From NCBI RefSeq assembly GCF_009914755.1, contig NC_060926.1: a stretch of DNA of 64,000 bases; one strand, 5' to 3'. Of the stretch, positions 30,943 through 48,000 are shown in pieces; within the stretch, counting starts at the first letter, position 1, and every line of letters begins with the position of its first letter. The stretch comes from the human T2T-CHM13v2.0 reference genome, Homo sapiens. The notes beneath the pieces are model-generated. The model saw only the letters and a list, made by a program, of their open reading frames with translations, had not been told where the DNA came from and searched no databases. The translations under genes and the position numbers were made by a program.

Positions 30943-31192
30943 TCAAGTCTATTTTTTAACTCCAGGAGGCCTGGTATTCAGAGGGATTAGGGCTGGCAGA
31001 AGGGCCTCAAAGCTTTCAAGGCCTGGGGAATAGGCTGCAGCCTGGTTCAGGGTAACCCAAGTGATTTTGGTTCCAAAGGGACAGGAAAAAAAGTGATTGA
31101 TATGGAAGTTGTCAAAGTGCAACTGTCAAGACATTAAAAAATGTAACCCTTTTACTAATATACAGTAGACTTGTGTTAAATATTTAACTGAT

Positions 31193-32043
31193 TGTAAAAG
31201 GAAAAAACCAGACGCAGTTTTCCCTACCATACTGTCACAACACCTCAACACTGAGTTCTTCTGTGACCTCTAGTCACCGAAATGCTTGGGGATTTCTCCC
31301 ACCACTAGTCCTCCAGCAGCCGACACCAGTTGGGTGTCCTAATTCACTCCAACACTATCTACCTGGAGTTAGCGTTAGATCCCACAGGTTGAGGGCTCAG
31401 TCTCACAAGACTGCCTCCCACTTCAGGTGCCAGTTACAAGTGGTAGGTTGTCACCTATGCTTCTGACTGATGGCTATAAATCTGGGTTTGCTTCCCTCGG
31501 GTTCCGTGAATTTGCTAGAGCAGCTCACAGAACTCAGGAAAACACTTAAGTTTACCAGTTTATTCTAAAAGATATTACAAAGGATACAGATGAACACCAG
31601 ATGAAGAGATGCGCAGAGCAAAGCATGTGAGAAGGGGTGTGGAGCTTCCATGCCCCTCTGGGGCACCACCCTCCAGGAACCTTCATGTGTCCAGCTATCT
31701 GGGAGCCCTTCCAAACCCTGTCCTTTTTGGGTTTTTAAGAGTGGCTTTATTACGTACACATGATTGACCGAACCATTGGCCATTGGTGACTGACACAACC
31801 TTCAGCCCCTCCACTCCCTCCAGTGGTTGGGGAGTGGGGCTAACAGTCTCAAGTCTCCAATCCTGCCTTGGTCTTTCCTGTGACAAACCCCATCATGAAG
31901 CTACTGCATTGGGGCTGCCAGCCAGCAGTCATCTATTAGCATGCAAAAGACACTCTTATTATTCCAGAGATTCCAAGGGTTTTTAAAAGCTGTATGTCAG
32001 GAAACAGGAGATGAAGAACAAATATATATTTCACAACATCACA
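31193..32043 (-). mobile_element. MER21-type LTR
   Basis: Minus-strand start TGTGATGTTGTGAAATATATATTTG; internal gatcccacaggttgagggctcagtc. Confidence 0.78.
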
Positions 32044-32099
32044 CTCGTTGGGGGAATTGACAGGATAGCAAAACTGATTAAAGGAGGATAGGAGAGACT

Positions 32100-32146
32100 G
32101 AGATATATATTTCCATATATATATATATATAGAGAGAGATATTTCC

Positions 32147-32207
<61 letters not shown>

Positions 32208-32228
32208 GCAGATATACATATACATATA
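32100..32228. repeat. Compound (TA)n(GA)n microsatellite with duplicated ATATTTCC(AT)n unit
   Basis: Direct reading. Confidence 0.95.
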
Positions 32229-32267
32229 ATCAGTGGAATAAAAAGTGCTGGAATGAGAAGCAAAGTT

Positions 32268-32400
32268 AGCTGCATGCAGTGGTTTGTGCCTGTAATCCCA
32301 GCTATGCAGTAGGCTAAGGTGGGAGAGTCACTTGAGGCCAGGAGTTCAAGACCAGCCTGGGCAACCTAGTGAGACCCTGTCTCAAATTTATTAAAAAATA
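32268..32400 (+). mobile_element. FLAM-like Alu monomer
   Basis: gcagtggtttgtgcctgtaatcccagc...gagaccctgtctcaaa. Confidence 0.78.
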
Positions 32401-32666
32401 TATATTTTTAAAAGAAGCATAGTTATATACAAATTAGGGCAATAATATTAATTTGTTAAAAAATGAAGCAAAGTTACATACAAAACAGGACAATAATATA
32501 ACAGTTGGGTTTATCTTTTCTACTGAACAGAAATAATTTTATATTCTGGTGAATAAAAATTACTTGCCACTCATCAATCTTCTGCAAGTTAACAAGTAAC
32601 TCTACAGAGCCTTGTGTTCAATCAATGGTAAACAGCAAGTCAAACAAAAATACTTTCCTTTACAGA

Positions 32667-32886
32667 AGGGGTCAGCAAACTATGGCCCATGGGTCAGCTC
32701 TGGCCTCTTGCCTGTTTTTGTAATCAAGATTTACTGGAACACAGCCACACTCATTTGTCATGTGTTGTCTGTTGGCTGCTTTCATGTTGTAATGGTGGTT
32801 GAGTATTTGTGACAGAGACCTCATGCTCTTCACGCTGAAAAGATTTACTATCTGATCTTTTACAAAAAAAAATTTGTGGACTCCTG
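32667..32886. mobile_element. MER58A-type hAT MITE
   Basis: ggggtcagcaaactatggccc...ggaacacagccacactcattt...tttgtggactcctg. Confidence 0.75.
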
Positions 32887-33096
32887 CCTGAGAGCATCAG
32901 ATGCCCCTTGGGCAGGCAGCTTAGACACTAAAAAGGCACACCTACTCTCTTTGCCTTTTCCTCACATTTGGATAATTTTTAACACAGTGTTTTGGCCTTT
33001 TCCTTCTTATGTCTGCTGTCATAAGGGCAGTTCTGCCTTAGTCAGTCTAATTGTTTAGACTTTTGTGATGCTAAATCTGTAAAAATGCAGGGATCC

Positions 33097-33403
33097 AGCC
33101 TGGGTGCAGTGCCTCACACTTGTAATCCCAGCACTTTGGGAAGCCGAGGCAGGAGGATCACTTAAGCCCAGGGGTTCTAGACCAGCCTGGGCAACCTGGC
33201 AAGACCGTGTCTCTACAAAATAAAAGAAAAAAATTAGCTAGGCATGGTAGCACATACCTGAACTCCCAGCTACTGGGGAGGCTGAGGCAAGAGAATTACT
33301 TGAGCCCAGGAGGTTGAGGCTGCAGTGAGCCATGATCATGCCACTGCACTCCAGCATGGAAGACACAAGACCCTGTCTCAGGAAAACAAAAAACAAAAAA
33401 CAA
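33097..33403 (+). mobile_element. AluJ
   Basis: Diverged dimer with (AAAAC)-type tail. Confidence 0.88.
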
Positions 33404-34044
33404 CTAGGGATCTGGGACATGGAGTAGGGATTTTTTTTTTTTTTTTAATTTAAATCAGAGCAGCCTCCATTCCACAAAATTGAATAAAAGTTCGCTGGGG
33501 CAGGGATTTTAACAGGGAGTTTGGAAGAGAAAGGTGGAGACAGCAGTAAGGAAAATGGATATGAGAGAAAAAGAGAATATTAAGAAATGTTGCTTGGACA
33601 ATGTACAATTTTCATGGAGTTTGTGGAAATAAGCAAAGGATCAGAATTATTTTAAATTGCTTTTTTTTTTTCTTTTTCGGAGCCAGAACGTGTGTGCATG
33701 TGTGAATGTGTGTGTAAGTGTGAGCGTGTGGTGGGTGGGTGGATGTTTTCCTGACTGGAACTCAGTGCTGAAACGGGCCTCACAGTTGCTCATCGTCAGG
33801 GATACAGAGGATCCAACAAGGATGAAGTACGCAAGGATTGTCAACCTGTGGGGGATGACTGGCCGCACAGCCCCATGAAGACCACCTGGGCAGCTCCTCT
33901 CTCAGGCCTTCTGACTTGAAGAATGGCCAGCTCCTGTGGGGTCAATACAAGAATAACTTATGTGCACAGAAAGAATATTTACAATTACTTGAGCTTAAAT
34001 TTATGTAATTAAATTTATTATAATTATAAATTTAAAAACATAAT

Positions 34045-34650
<606 letters not shown>

Positions 34651-34777
34651 CCTAAATTTTCTTCATGCTTTAAGTTCAACTTACAAATCTTACTATCCTA
34701 TTTATAAGGCCTCTTTTTAATACAACAAAGAGAAAAGCCACTTTTCTTTGAATCAGTGTTCAGTTATGCCATTGCTT

Positions 34778-35244
34778 TACATCACCAACCTAAATCACAA
34801 ACAGAGAGAGGCTCTCTAAAAGAAAATGATGTTTGTTTGGGAATAGAGCATTGCAACAGGAATATGCACTCCATAGTAAACTCTGTGCATATTCAGGGTA
34901 AGTAAAGAAGACAAAGGTTTTTACAGGAAGACAAAAGTTTTCAAAAGAAAAAAAATGAGCATTACATCACTGTTTTGAAATAGTTATGCTGGGCTACTAA
35001 GATCAATAACAAAGATATTGCCAGTCTGAGGTTGGACAGGCAGTTGCTGGGCACATGTCCTTTTAAAGTAGTATTTTTTGTGTAAGGTTGCAATGGCCTT
35101 TGTGCAAGGTTTTGTTCTTTGCAGAGTCTTTTTCATGATCAGGGATACAAGTGTGAGAACTCTTTCTTCATGGCCTTCCCTGGCTCCATTTATCAGGGTT
35201 TTCTTAACATTAGTGTCTCCATTTTGATTTTCACAACTTTAACA
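34778..35244 (-). mobile_element. ERV1-class LTR, subfamily uncertain
   Basis: Minus-strand start TGTTAAAGTTGTGAAAATCAAAATGGAGACACTAATGTTAAGAAAACCCTGA; left boundary approximate. Confidence 0.6.
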
Positions 35245-36879
35245 CCATATTAAATCCTCCTAAATACTTAACTCTCTTTTCTAGCATAGTTAATTGAGTT
35301 CCCTTAAATATTTTAAACTACAAATTTGATATATCTGATTCTTTCAAACACTGCAAGTGCCTGCCAAGGCAGACTTAAAAATCTGATGAATAAAATCTTT
35401 CTAGCCATCTAAGCAATCCCTAAAACTCCAAAAAAAAGAAAATTAAAAAAAATGTAGTAAATCAGACTCAAAATTCACACACCTTTTACAAACTTAACCA
35501 CATTGTTTTAGACATTTCAAATTAAAATAGAAGTCTAATGTCAATTACACATTTCAAATTGGAATTACAAGGTAATATTTTATATTCTTTAATGTGCAGA
35601 ATTGTCTCAGACACATTAAATAACAAAGGCATTACCTGGAGGATTCTAAAACAACACTTATTTGTAAACTTAACACAAAAGCGTTGCTGCAATGGGTTTC
35701 CTTTAGGTCATCAGCTCTATGCCTTCCCCCTCCCCGCCCCCGGTGTTGTAAAGCCCTGAACTAAGGGGTGCAAATTGCAGTTAACCACTACAGGTGGTTC
35801 CTAGGTCAAAGGTTCTGACACTGAGGTTTCTGAGTCAAAGTTTCAAGTACTTGATATGGGCTGTTGGCTAGTGACTCTGAGACAGGATCATTGGTCTACA
35901 CTAGCCACAGGGTAACACACTGAGTCATTCTCAGAGTTGGGATCAGGCTCCTAAGTCAGCGAGAGGTCCTAAGACTTTTTAGTTGTGAGTTGGTTTTGTA
36001 ACCACGTCCCATGAATACCTTTTAAATGTCATGCTTACCTATTTTATCTTATCTGCTTTCAACTTTTTCCATCTGATTTATGTAGGTACAATTTTGCACC
36101 TCCTATCTGGTTTGTAGTTAATATCTTTTATTGCTTTATCCTACTCAACTAATTTTTTTAGTGCCTGTTTTTTTTTTTTTTAATGTGTGTTGATGACTAC
36201 AATTCTAAACTCATTCTACTGATTCATGGGTGCTTTAAAATCTGAGCAGTCTTTCGCATTTACTGCCTGTGATGGCCCATCCCACCAGCTAAAGTGTGTG
36301 GCCACTGCTTACAGCACCATGTGATAACGAGTAAGGGAGAGATGCCGCCCAGACTCTTCTAGGAGCAGCCAGTAGGACCTTCCAGGGGTTGCAAGCAAAC
36401 CACAGCAATATGTGGAGTGTGGCAGAGGATGGCCCCAAGAGGATGTGGCAGCGGCTAGTGCAGCTCAGCTTAGTCTGAGAGGAAATGCTGGAGAGGAGAG
36501 CCCAGTCTGTACAGGCATGACAGCCACAAGGACTTCAACAGCTAACATGGCTGAGTGGACTTTATGTGCTATCTCATTCAGAAAACAGGAGCAATCAGAA
36601 AGGAGTCACCTCCTATTTGTACCCCAGGAATTGCTAACCTACTTGCATCTGAATGATGTCCATCACTTCCCTTCATCACCTCCTCTGGGGGCTCTGCAAG
36701 GATTTGACTCCTGCATTAGTGATCTGTCTCACCTACGTTGTGATTCACATGAACTTACTAATGTGCTATGTGACAACTACCATCTTAAACACAAAAACCC
36801 TCTTTTGATTCTGTGGCTCCCTCCAGCTACCCCTGCATTTCTCTGTCCCCCTGCCCCGTCTCTGCACTCACTTTTATTT

Positions 36880-38820
<1,941 letters not shown>

Positions 38821-41296
38821 TCACTGATGAGGAAATGAACCATGGAATGCTAGGGCTGATGACCAGAACTTTCCCCCACCCCCACATTATTACAGAGGAG
38901 GAAATGAGGTCGGAGGTAAGATGGGCCCAGGATTTCTACTCCCGCCTGGACTGCAGGCACAGCACTGACCTCAGCTGTGCTCACTCTTGGCATTCACCCA
39001 ACCCTTCTATCTCCAACTGCCCCATTTACCAGAAAGTGAAATGTTCTCAGAGACGGTGAGCCACCTGACTTGGACAGCAGCCCAGGGCCCCTGGCACCCT
39101 GCTTTCTTCCTCCCTGCCATCCTTTCCTCTCCAAGACCTACCTTTCCCTGTGATTCTTGCCCACATGCTGCATTTCATGGTTTTATGACCTGATTTCTGA
39201 GAGGGATTTGAATTTTCATGATTATTTATGTAAGCAAATCATTATGCTTATACAAATGAGAAAAGGAGTGCTTCTGGACTTCCCAGGGACAAAATCTTGT
39301 CACTTGGCTTGCTTTCATATTGCTAATTAAGGACCCAGGATGTGGGTGAGATGTGCTAAAAGCTGAGAGGAGGCTCTGGACTCTGACTATGGGCCCACAC
39401 CCCTGGGCAGGCATCACACTAGTCCTTTAGGTCATCCTCAACCCAGCTTCCAGTTGAATCAGATGTTTGTGAATAACTCAGCAAGGCTGTATGGGAAATG
39501 AAGAATGAGGTGGGGAAGAGGCCTGTGCAGAAGACACACTGACTTACCCCTCTACCTCTAACTAGGGTGTTGTAGCAGCCACCCACCCACCAAGTCTGTC
39601 TTCCAGACCACGTATGCTTTCCTCCACCTTTGCATCTTTTATCTTCTGCCAGCCCAGATGCTTGCTGACTCCAGCCCAAGCCTATAGGATAAGCCACAGC
39701 CTGTCCCTACAGACTACGCATTGCAGAATCTAAGACATCAAGTCAAGTTCGGAAGCACTTGCCTTCTCCTCTCCAGGTACACAGGCTCTCCTGGAAAGCT
39801 GGTAGCAGCTGTGGAGGTGTGGTGTGTTACCTGCTGCAGGTGCAGAGAAGTTGACTTCACAGCCCTTCAGAAAGACTGCCTTCTTCCAGTTGTATTTGTG
39901 TACTTGCTTGGGTGTGGGGAGGATTCTCAGCTTTCTCCACTCAAATTATCAGACCCTTTCCATTTAGTGGTAGACCATTTCCCTCGTCCAGGCCAAGGGC
40001 ACATAGTACAGAGAAATAGGGAGTTGTTACCCAGGGAGAGAACTTGGCTCTAAACCTGTAATAGAAAGGTCAGTTCTGGTCTGGAGGGTCAATTTTGATC
40101 TTTGGCTCAGATCCAGGAATTGGAACCAAGGCTTTTGAACATTTTAATGCAGGGGATTAAAAAAATGATACGAGTCATTCACGAATATATTTGCTTAACA
40201 TCTAAAGAGATCCCTCAAAACACTAGAAAAAATAAGAACAAAAATCTAATAAAACAAAATTTGTTAAACACATTTACCAAATTTTTTTTTTTGGTAAAAA
40301 TTCAAATGTCATAAATAAAGCTAAAGTTCCTCTTGATGACTCGCTCCTCTGCCCTATTCCACTCCAAGTAACCACTATTATCAGTCTTGCCAATACCCTT
40401 CCAGACCTCTCTACCTCTATATACCATTAGAAGCACATGGTTTTGCATTGAGGATGTGCAGTGTTTTGTTTTACGTAAATGTTATCACTCTGTTCTTGTT
40501 CCATAATTTGCCTTTTTCTCTCAATGATTTGCTTGGCTATCTTTCTATTTCAGTAGCATCTCCTTTCTTTTTAACTTACCATTGTTTATTTAACCTTGCC
40601 TCTATCAACAGATATGTAGGTTGTTTCTAGTTGATTTCATTAAGTATTTATAAACAACGCATCAGTAGATGTCCATAAATTTCTTTACGGAAGATGGCAA
40701 GTAGTGGAATTGCTGAGCCAAAGAACATGTTTAAAAAACCCAAAAAAACTAGACGCTACCAATTTTCTCTCCAAAATGGCCATACCCACTTACCCATACA
40801 GAGATGATTTGGAATCTGGCTTCCTCACAAGGTGAGATGCCTTCACAGTTTCATTCTTCCTGGCATGTCTTCCCTTTTGTATCTGAGAGAGCTGGCAGAA
40901 TTGTGTCACTAAATCAAGGATAGAGGGTCAAATGACAGCTCAAGCTCACAGGCACCTCTGCTTTCTTCCCAGACCACCTGCTTTCCTGCCACCAGCTCTG
41001 TTCCATCTTATAGAATGGTTGCCACTTGGGTGTCTGCTCCGACAGCCATGTCATCCTTTGCACTGCAGTTATGAAGCAGACAGAGCTAGGAGAGGGGCTT
41101 TGCCAGCCTCTGCCCTAGCTTGGAGAACTTCAAAGAAGGAGGGTATTGAGAGTGAGCTGCCGAAGACTGGCAGCTCCCTCAACTCAACAGTTGTCCTTCC
41201 ACAAGAAGTCAGATACATTTTTTTGGGATAAAATATTTAAAAATTATTATTTTATTTCTGAATAATATATTTACATGATTCAAAAATCAAACTGTA

Positions 41297-42004
<708 letters not shown>

Positions 42005-42259
42005 TCATAAAAGTGTCTTGCTCCCACACCTGTCCCTATATATCTTATTCCTCAGCCTCCGACAACTACTTTATTCATTTCTTATGTATCTTCCAGAATC
42101 AAAAAAAAAAAATCAAATACAAGCACAGTGGAATGTATTGCCCTTCTTCCCCTCCCTTTTGTTACATCAGAGTTAGCATATCATAAATACGGTCTGCATT
42201 TTCTTCTTTTTCAGCTATCAGCATGTTTTGGAGAGGATTTCATATTCGTGCAGACAGCA

Positions 42260-42681
42260 TGTATTAGTCAGTCCTTGCATTGCTATAAGGAAATACCTGA
42301 GACTGCATAATTTATAAAGAAAAGAGGTTTAATTGGCTCACAGCTTCGCAGGCTGTTCCACAGGAAGCATGGCAGCATCTGCTTCTGGGGAGGCCTTAGG
42401 AAGCTTTTACTCATGCAGAAGACAAAGCGGGAGTGGATGTCTTATATGGCAGGAGCAGGACTGAGAGAGAGAGAGAGAGAGAGAAAGGATGCCACATACT
42501 TTTAAACAACCAGATCTTGTGGGAACTCTGTCACGAGAACAGCACCAAAGGGATAGTGCTAAACCATTCATAAGAACTCCACCCCCATGATCCAATCACC
42601 CCACACCAGGCCCCACCTCCAACATCGGGGATTACAATTTGACATGAGATTTGGGCTGGGACACAGAACCAAACAATACCA
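42260..42681 (-). mobile_element. MSTA-like solo LTR
   Basis: tgtattagtcagtccttgcattgctataaggaaatacctgagact...cagaaccaaacaatacca. Confidence 0.87.
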
Positions 42682-43434
42682 GAGTGCTTTCTCATTCTTT
42701 TCTATAGCTGCCTAGTATTCTATGTCCTTTACTTCATTTAGGCAGTCTCTTGTTGATAGACACTTGGGTTACTTCCAATTTTTCCTATTACAAATGATGT
42801 GCAATGAATAATTTTGATCATTTTCCATTTCACATGGGTTATGTCCATCTGTGGGATAAATCTCCAGGAGTGAAATTGCTGGATCAAAGGGGAAGTGCAC
42901 TTGTGATTTTCATAGTTAGCAAATTTTGTTCTATAAGGGTCATATCAATTTATAGTCCCACGCGTAATATTTAACAGTGGGGATTTCCCGACAGTTTGAC
43001 CAACAAGGTCTGTTGTTAAACTTTTGATTTTTGTCAATCTGATGGGAAAATACTAGTATCTCAAAGTGCTTTTAATTTGACTTTCTTATTACAATGTTAA
43101 GCATCATTTTACTCTGCCCAAGATCAAATAGTATTTTCTTTTCTGTGAACAGACTGTTAAGATCCCTTGCCTCTTGTTTTGCTGGATTTTTGTTCTTTTT
43201 TTTCAAATGTTTTGAGGCAGTTCTTTACATGTGAAACAAGTTATCTCTTTATCTGGGGTGTGAGTTACAACTACTTTTCCTCTGGCTTGTTTTGCGCTTT
43301 GACTTTGCTTCTGGTGATTCCCGCAATTCTGAAAGTGTACTTTTTGCATCATTCATTCTTATACACCCATGCTCTTGTTCACGCTGGTTCCTCTACCTGA
43401 GGGCTTTTTCTTTTCTTTTCTATCTGGGAACATT

Positions 43435-43894
<460 letters not shown>

Positions 43895-44261
43895 TGACTG
43901 TTCTCATCTCTGTACTCCCAGCTCCTAGTACATAGCGCTTGCTCAACAGATGTTTGGTGCATTGATAGATAAATCACTGGTAGCTGTTACTACCAGTCCT
44001 GACTCCCTGCAGTGCTTCAGCTGATCCTGTTCCAGATGTGCACTGAATATCCTTCTGTTGAACAACAGAAATAAAGGGGATGGGTGAGGAGGATAGTCTT
44101 CGGTGGCCAAGGATATTTCTAGGTACTTTGCAGCACTCAGCAATGAGGAGTGGGCTTTAGTCCCCCAAGAACTCTCACAGCCCTGTTTGTCTTTACTGTT
44201 CAGTGTCAAATCCAAGACAAGTCAATGATCAGGAAAGACCCTTTTTTTTTCTTCAGTGAAG

Positions 44262-44267
44262 TTTATT
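44262..44267 (-). terminator. IL1B polyadenylation signal AATAAA
   Basis: Plus-strand TTTATT; minus context GAAATAAACTTCACTGAAG. Confidence 0.9.
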
Positions 44268-44473
44268 TCAGAACCATTGAACAGTATGATATTTGCTCAT
44301 TTATAAATATTCCCATTTAAATAATCTGAGCTTATATATTTTCAGTCTTAATTAAAGGACTTGATTTAAAGAGAGCACACCAGTCCAAATTGAATTGATT
44401 CCATAGCTATTAAAAACTAGGCTCTTTTACAGACACTGCTACTTCTTGCCCCCTTTGAATAAATTAGACCAAT

Positions 44474-44507
44474 GAATAAAACAAACAAACAAATAAATAA
44501 ATAAATA
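44474..44507 (-). promoter_or_regulatory. AU-rich element cluster (overlapping AUUUA) in IL1B 3' UTR
   Basis: Minus strand TATTTATTTATTTATTTGTTTGTTTGTTTTATTC; class II ARE typical of cytokine mRNAs. Confidence 0.9.
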
Positions 44508-44851
44508 GGGAAGCGGTTGCTCATCAGAATGTGGGAGCGAATGACAGAGGGTTTCTTAGAACCAAATGTGGCCGTGGTTTCTGTCAGGCGGGCTTTAAGT
44601 GAGTAGGAGAGGTGAGAGAGGCCTGGCTCAACAAAAGGGCTGGGGATTGGCCCTGAAAGGAGAGAGCTGACTGTCCTGGCTGATGGACAGGAGATCCTCT
44701 TAGCACTACCCTAAGGCAGGCAGTTGGGCATTGGTGTAGACAACAGGAAAGTCCAGGCTATAGCCGTACTCAAAAACCTTTCTGTTCCCTTTCTGCCAGC
44801 CCTAGGGATTGAGTCCACATTCAGCACAGGACTCTCTGGGTACAGCTCTCT

Positions 44852-45064
44852 TTAGGAAGACACAAATTGCATGGTGAAGTCAGTTATATCCTGGCCGCCT
44901 TTGGTCCCTCCCAGGAAGACGGGCATGTTTTCTGCTTGAGAGGTGCTGATGTACCAGTTGGGGAACTGGGCAGACTCAAATTCCAGCTTGTTATTGATTT
45001 CTATCTTGTTGAAGACAAATCGCTTTTCCATCTTCTTCTTTGGGTAATTTTTGGGATCTACACT
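44852..45064 (-). CDS. IL1B: IL1B exon 7 coding part with TAA stop
   Basis: Hand translation [70 protein letters not shown]; CTGCAG acceptor. Confidence 0.98.
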   Translation of the reverse strand, partial: SVDPKNYPKKKMEKRFVFNKIEINNKLEFESAQFPNWYISTSQAENMPVFLGGTKGGQDITDFTMQFVSS

Positions 45065-48000
45065 CTGCAGCGAAAGAGAAAGAAGAATTTTTGTGGGGCA
45101 AGGGACAAAGATGCTATGGGAAAGATGTTCTTTGGGTTGGCCAGAAAGGAAACTGACGAGCAGGTCACATGATCAGGAGCCAGACTCCTGAGTTGTAACT
45201 GGGCCCCCAACTTTCCGTGTGATTATTAAAAGAGCCCTTCTTCTTTTCTAAAACTTAGTGCCAAATGCTGAGGAGCATAATGTAGGTGAGAATTTTTTTT
45301 TTTTGGGGGGGTGAAAATTAAGCTAGAGCTTCTTGAAGTACCTAGTTTCCAGGGGCTTTTTATTGTATTTTTCCTTATGGTCCTAGAATGACATCAACTT
45401 GGAAATGAAGCTTTTGCTGAGAAAGCTGGAGGTGATAGTGGTGGTGATTTTGGGAGTGGAGTGGACGTGATAATGGGACCCTTTAAGTCATCTATTTCCC
45501 AAGGTGTCTATCAAATGAGAGCAGCCCTAACAATATATAATCTGTTGGGGTTGTAACTATGGTAGGACATAATAACATCGGCAAAATGATTTAATTTTCT
45601 GCAGCAGGATTGAAGGTTGCACGCAGTTAAAAATTATGTTAAATTTATTTACATTAATGCAAAATTGTCAAATAGACCTGTTCCCAGCTTTTCCTAGGGA
45701 TGGGGGCGGGGAGAAGGTGGTTGTCTGGGAATAAGTGGTAGCAGGAGGCTGAGAAGGGCTTCATTCCATAGCATTCACTTACCTCCAGCTGTAGAGTGGG
45801 CTTATCATCTTTCAACACGCAGGACAGGTACAGATTCTTTTCCTTGAGGCCCAAGGCCACAGGTATTTTGTCATTACTTTCTTCTCCTTGTACAAAGGAC
45901 ATGGAGAACACCACTGAAGAAAGAAGGGGGTCTTGTGGTTAGGGACACAGCAGTGCAGGGTCACCCCAACCCCTAGGCCCCATGAGTAGGATACATGTAA
46001 TTTGGTAGCCTCTGTGGGAACCCACAGTGAGGTTCCTTGGCCTAAGACACAGGATAACTTGACTTCTCACAGACAATAGCAGGGTCATTTTGTTGATTTA
46101 GGGTTTCCCCTCAAAGGCCTGAGGGTTTCTCAGAGCCTCATAGCAGTAGGAACGGAGAATGAAAGAGGGTCTACATTTTAAATGCTGAAGGAAGGAAGGA
46201 AGGAAGCCATTGTGTCACTGGCTGGCAATGTGCCCATCCACAGGAGCGGAACAACTTGATCAATGTGGAAGGAAAGGAAAGAGGTGAAGCTGTACTTCTG
46301 CCAGAAATCAGGCACCAGAACTGTTTCAGGAACAGAGAGTAGCCCATGGGAAGAAACTGGGAGAGGAGAGGCTGAGCTGGGAAAGTGGCTCCAAAGAGAG
46401 ACACTCATTTTGATCTTCCTCAGTCACAGCAGTGTCAATTGGAGGCCCTGGGATCACTCTTACTACCCGATTCCAAAGAAACAGGATTTTCTTGGCCTGG
46501 CTGAGAGCAAATAGCTTCCCCCTGAGTGAGGCTGTCCTTCAAAGTCAGCAGCCTTAGTTGCCCACACTCCTGTGCAGAGGCTTTGGCTACTGTGGCACGA
46601 TGCCAGGCAGATCACCACAGCTAATGATGGGTTCACCGCACTTGAAACTTTTGCCCGTTACAGCGGAGAGATATAAGTTCCTGCTGGGCGGTAAAATTTC
46701 CCTACAAGGAACCACCTGGCATTGGGTGGGACGGATGTTGGGGCAAGGGGGGAAGACTGGGGAGGGGGATGGACACATTATCGCTCCAGCACTCTTGTTT
46801 CAGCCTCAACAACAGGAAGAGAGAACCCACAGGCAGTTAGGCCATGTCCATCAAATGACCCCATATTGTGGAAGAATTGACATTGCACTATGCCCAAGAG
46901 ACTTGGGTGGACATGGTCCTGGGAGTGCTTGAGCCGTCTAATTTCTCAGGGTCACACTCCTGTTAACAAATGCACTGGCCAGTGCAATCAAATGTGCCAT
47001 TTCTAGGACCAAAGTTTGTATATTCCTTTTTAATATTTTTTTTCACTTGTGTTGATCATTTGCCTTAAATTAACTTTCTACTTTGTTTAAAACATGGAGA
47101 ATTAGCAAGCTGCCAGGAGGCCAGGCAGGGAAACCAGGATGTTTCCATTTACCTTGTTGCTCCATATCCTGTCCCTGGAGGTGGAGAGCTTTCAGTTCAT
47201 ATGGACCAGACATCACCAAGCTTTTTTGCTGTGAGTCCCGGAGCGTGCAGTTCAGTGATCGTACAGGTGCATCGTGCACATAAGCCTCGTTATCCCATGT
47301 GTCGAAGAAGATAGGTTCTGAAATGTGGAGCACATGTTGTTTAGGTATAAAATCAGAAGGGCAGGCCTCGTGAGGCGAGGCGGCAAAATTTGATTTCTTG
47401 GAGGACACCTGAGCATATACGGTCAAAGTCTGATGACAACACCAGTAGGGATGAAGCTGGGAGTGGGGTGGCTAAGAACACTGGACCTGACACTATTAGA
47501 CATGGGTTCCAGCTTCAGGTCTATTACTGCTCACTGTGGCCGAGCAACAGAGCTACTTAGGTAAAATGGTGATGGTCATAACACTAGCCCACAGGGAGGT
47601 TACGAACCTCTGGTGACAATGTAAGTGAAAGGCCCCTGAGAAAGAGTGAGGGAGTTGCAAATGTCAGTAGCCATCAAGATCTTCTTTAAGAATAGTTTCC
47701 ACTAAAGAGATGATTGCTTTGGTTTCCAGCCTTCTTTGTTTTGTCTCCCCGCTGGGCCTTCTACCTTTAAAGGGCTTTGGCTCTGGGGGAATTGAGTTGG
47801 CTGGGGCTTGATGACTTCCAAGAGGACACAAGTGGAGATCTACTGCCTGCTCTTGGCTAACTACCTTCTTCAAAGATGAAGGGAAAGAAGGTGCTCAGGT
47901 CATTCTCCTGGAAGGTCTGTGGGCAGGGAACCAGCATCTTCCTCAGCTTGTCCATGGCCACAACAACTGACGCGGCCTGCCTGAAGCCCTTGCTGTAGTG

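Larger units (their letters stand above)
44251..44851 (-). other. IL1B: IL1B 3' UTR
   Basis: From the stop codon to just past AATAAA; AU-rich; exact 3' end ambiguous because a genomic A-run follows. Confidence 0.9.

Noticed and set aside
44867-45172. 101-aa plus-strand ORF
   Set aside because: Antisense shadow of IL1B exon 7
45654-47426. ORFs extending IL1B exons 5 and 6 into introns
   Set aside because: Canonical splice sites bound the exons; the short intronic extensions are expected by chance and there is no evidence here for retained-intron isoforms
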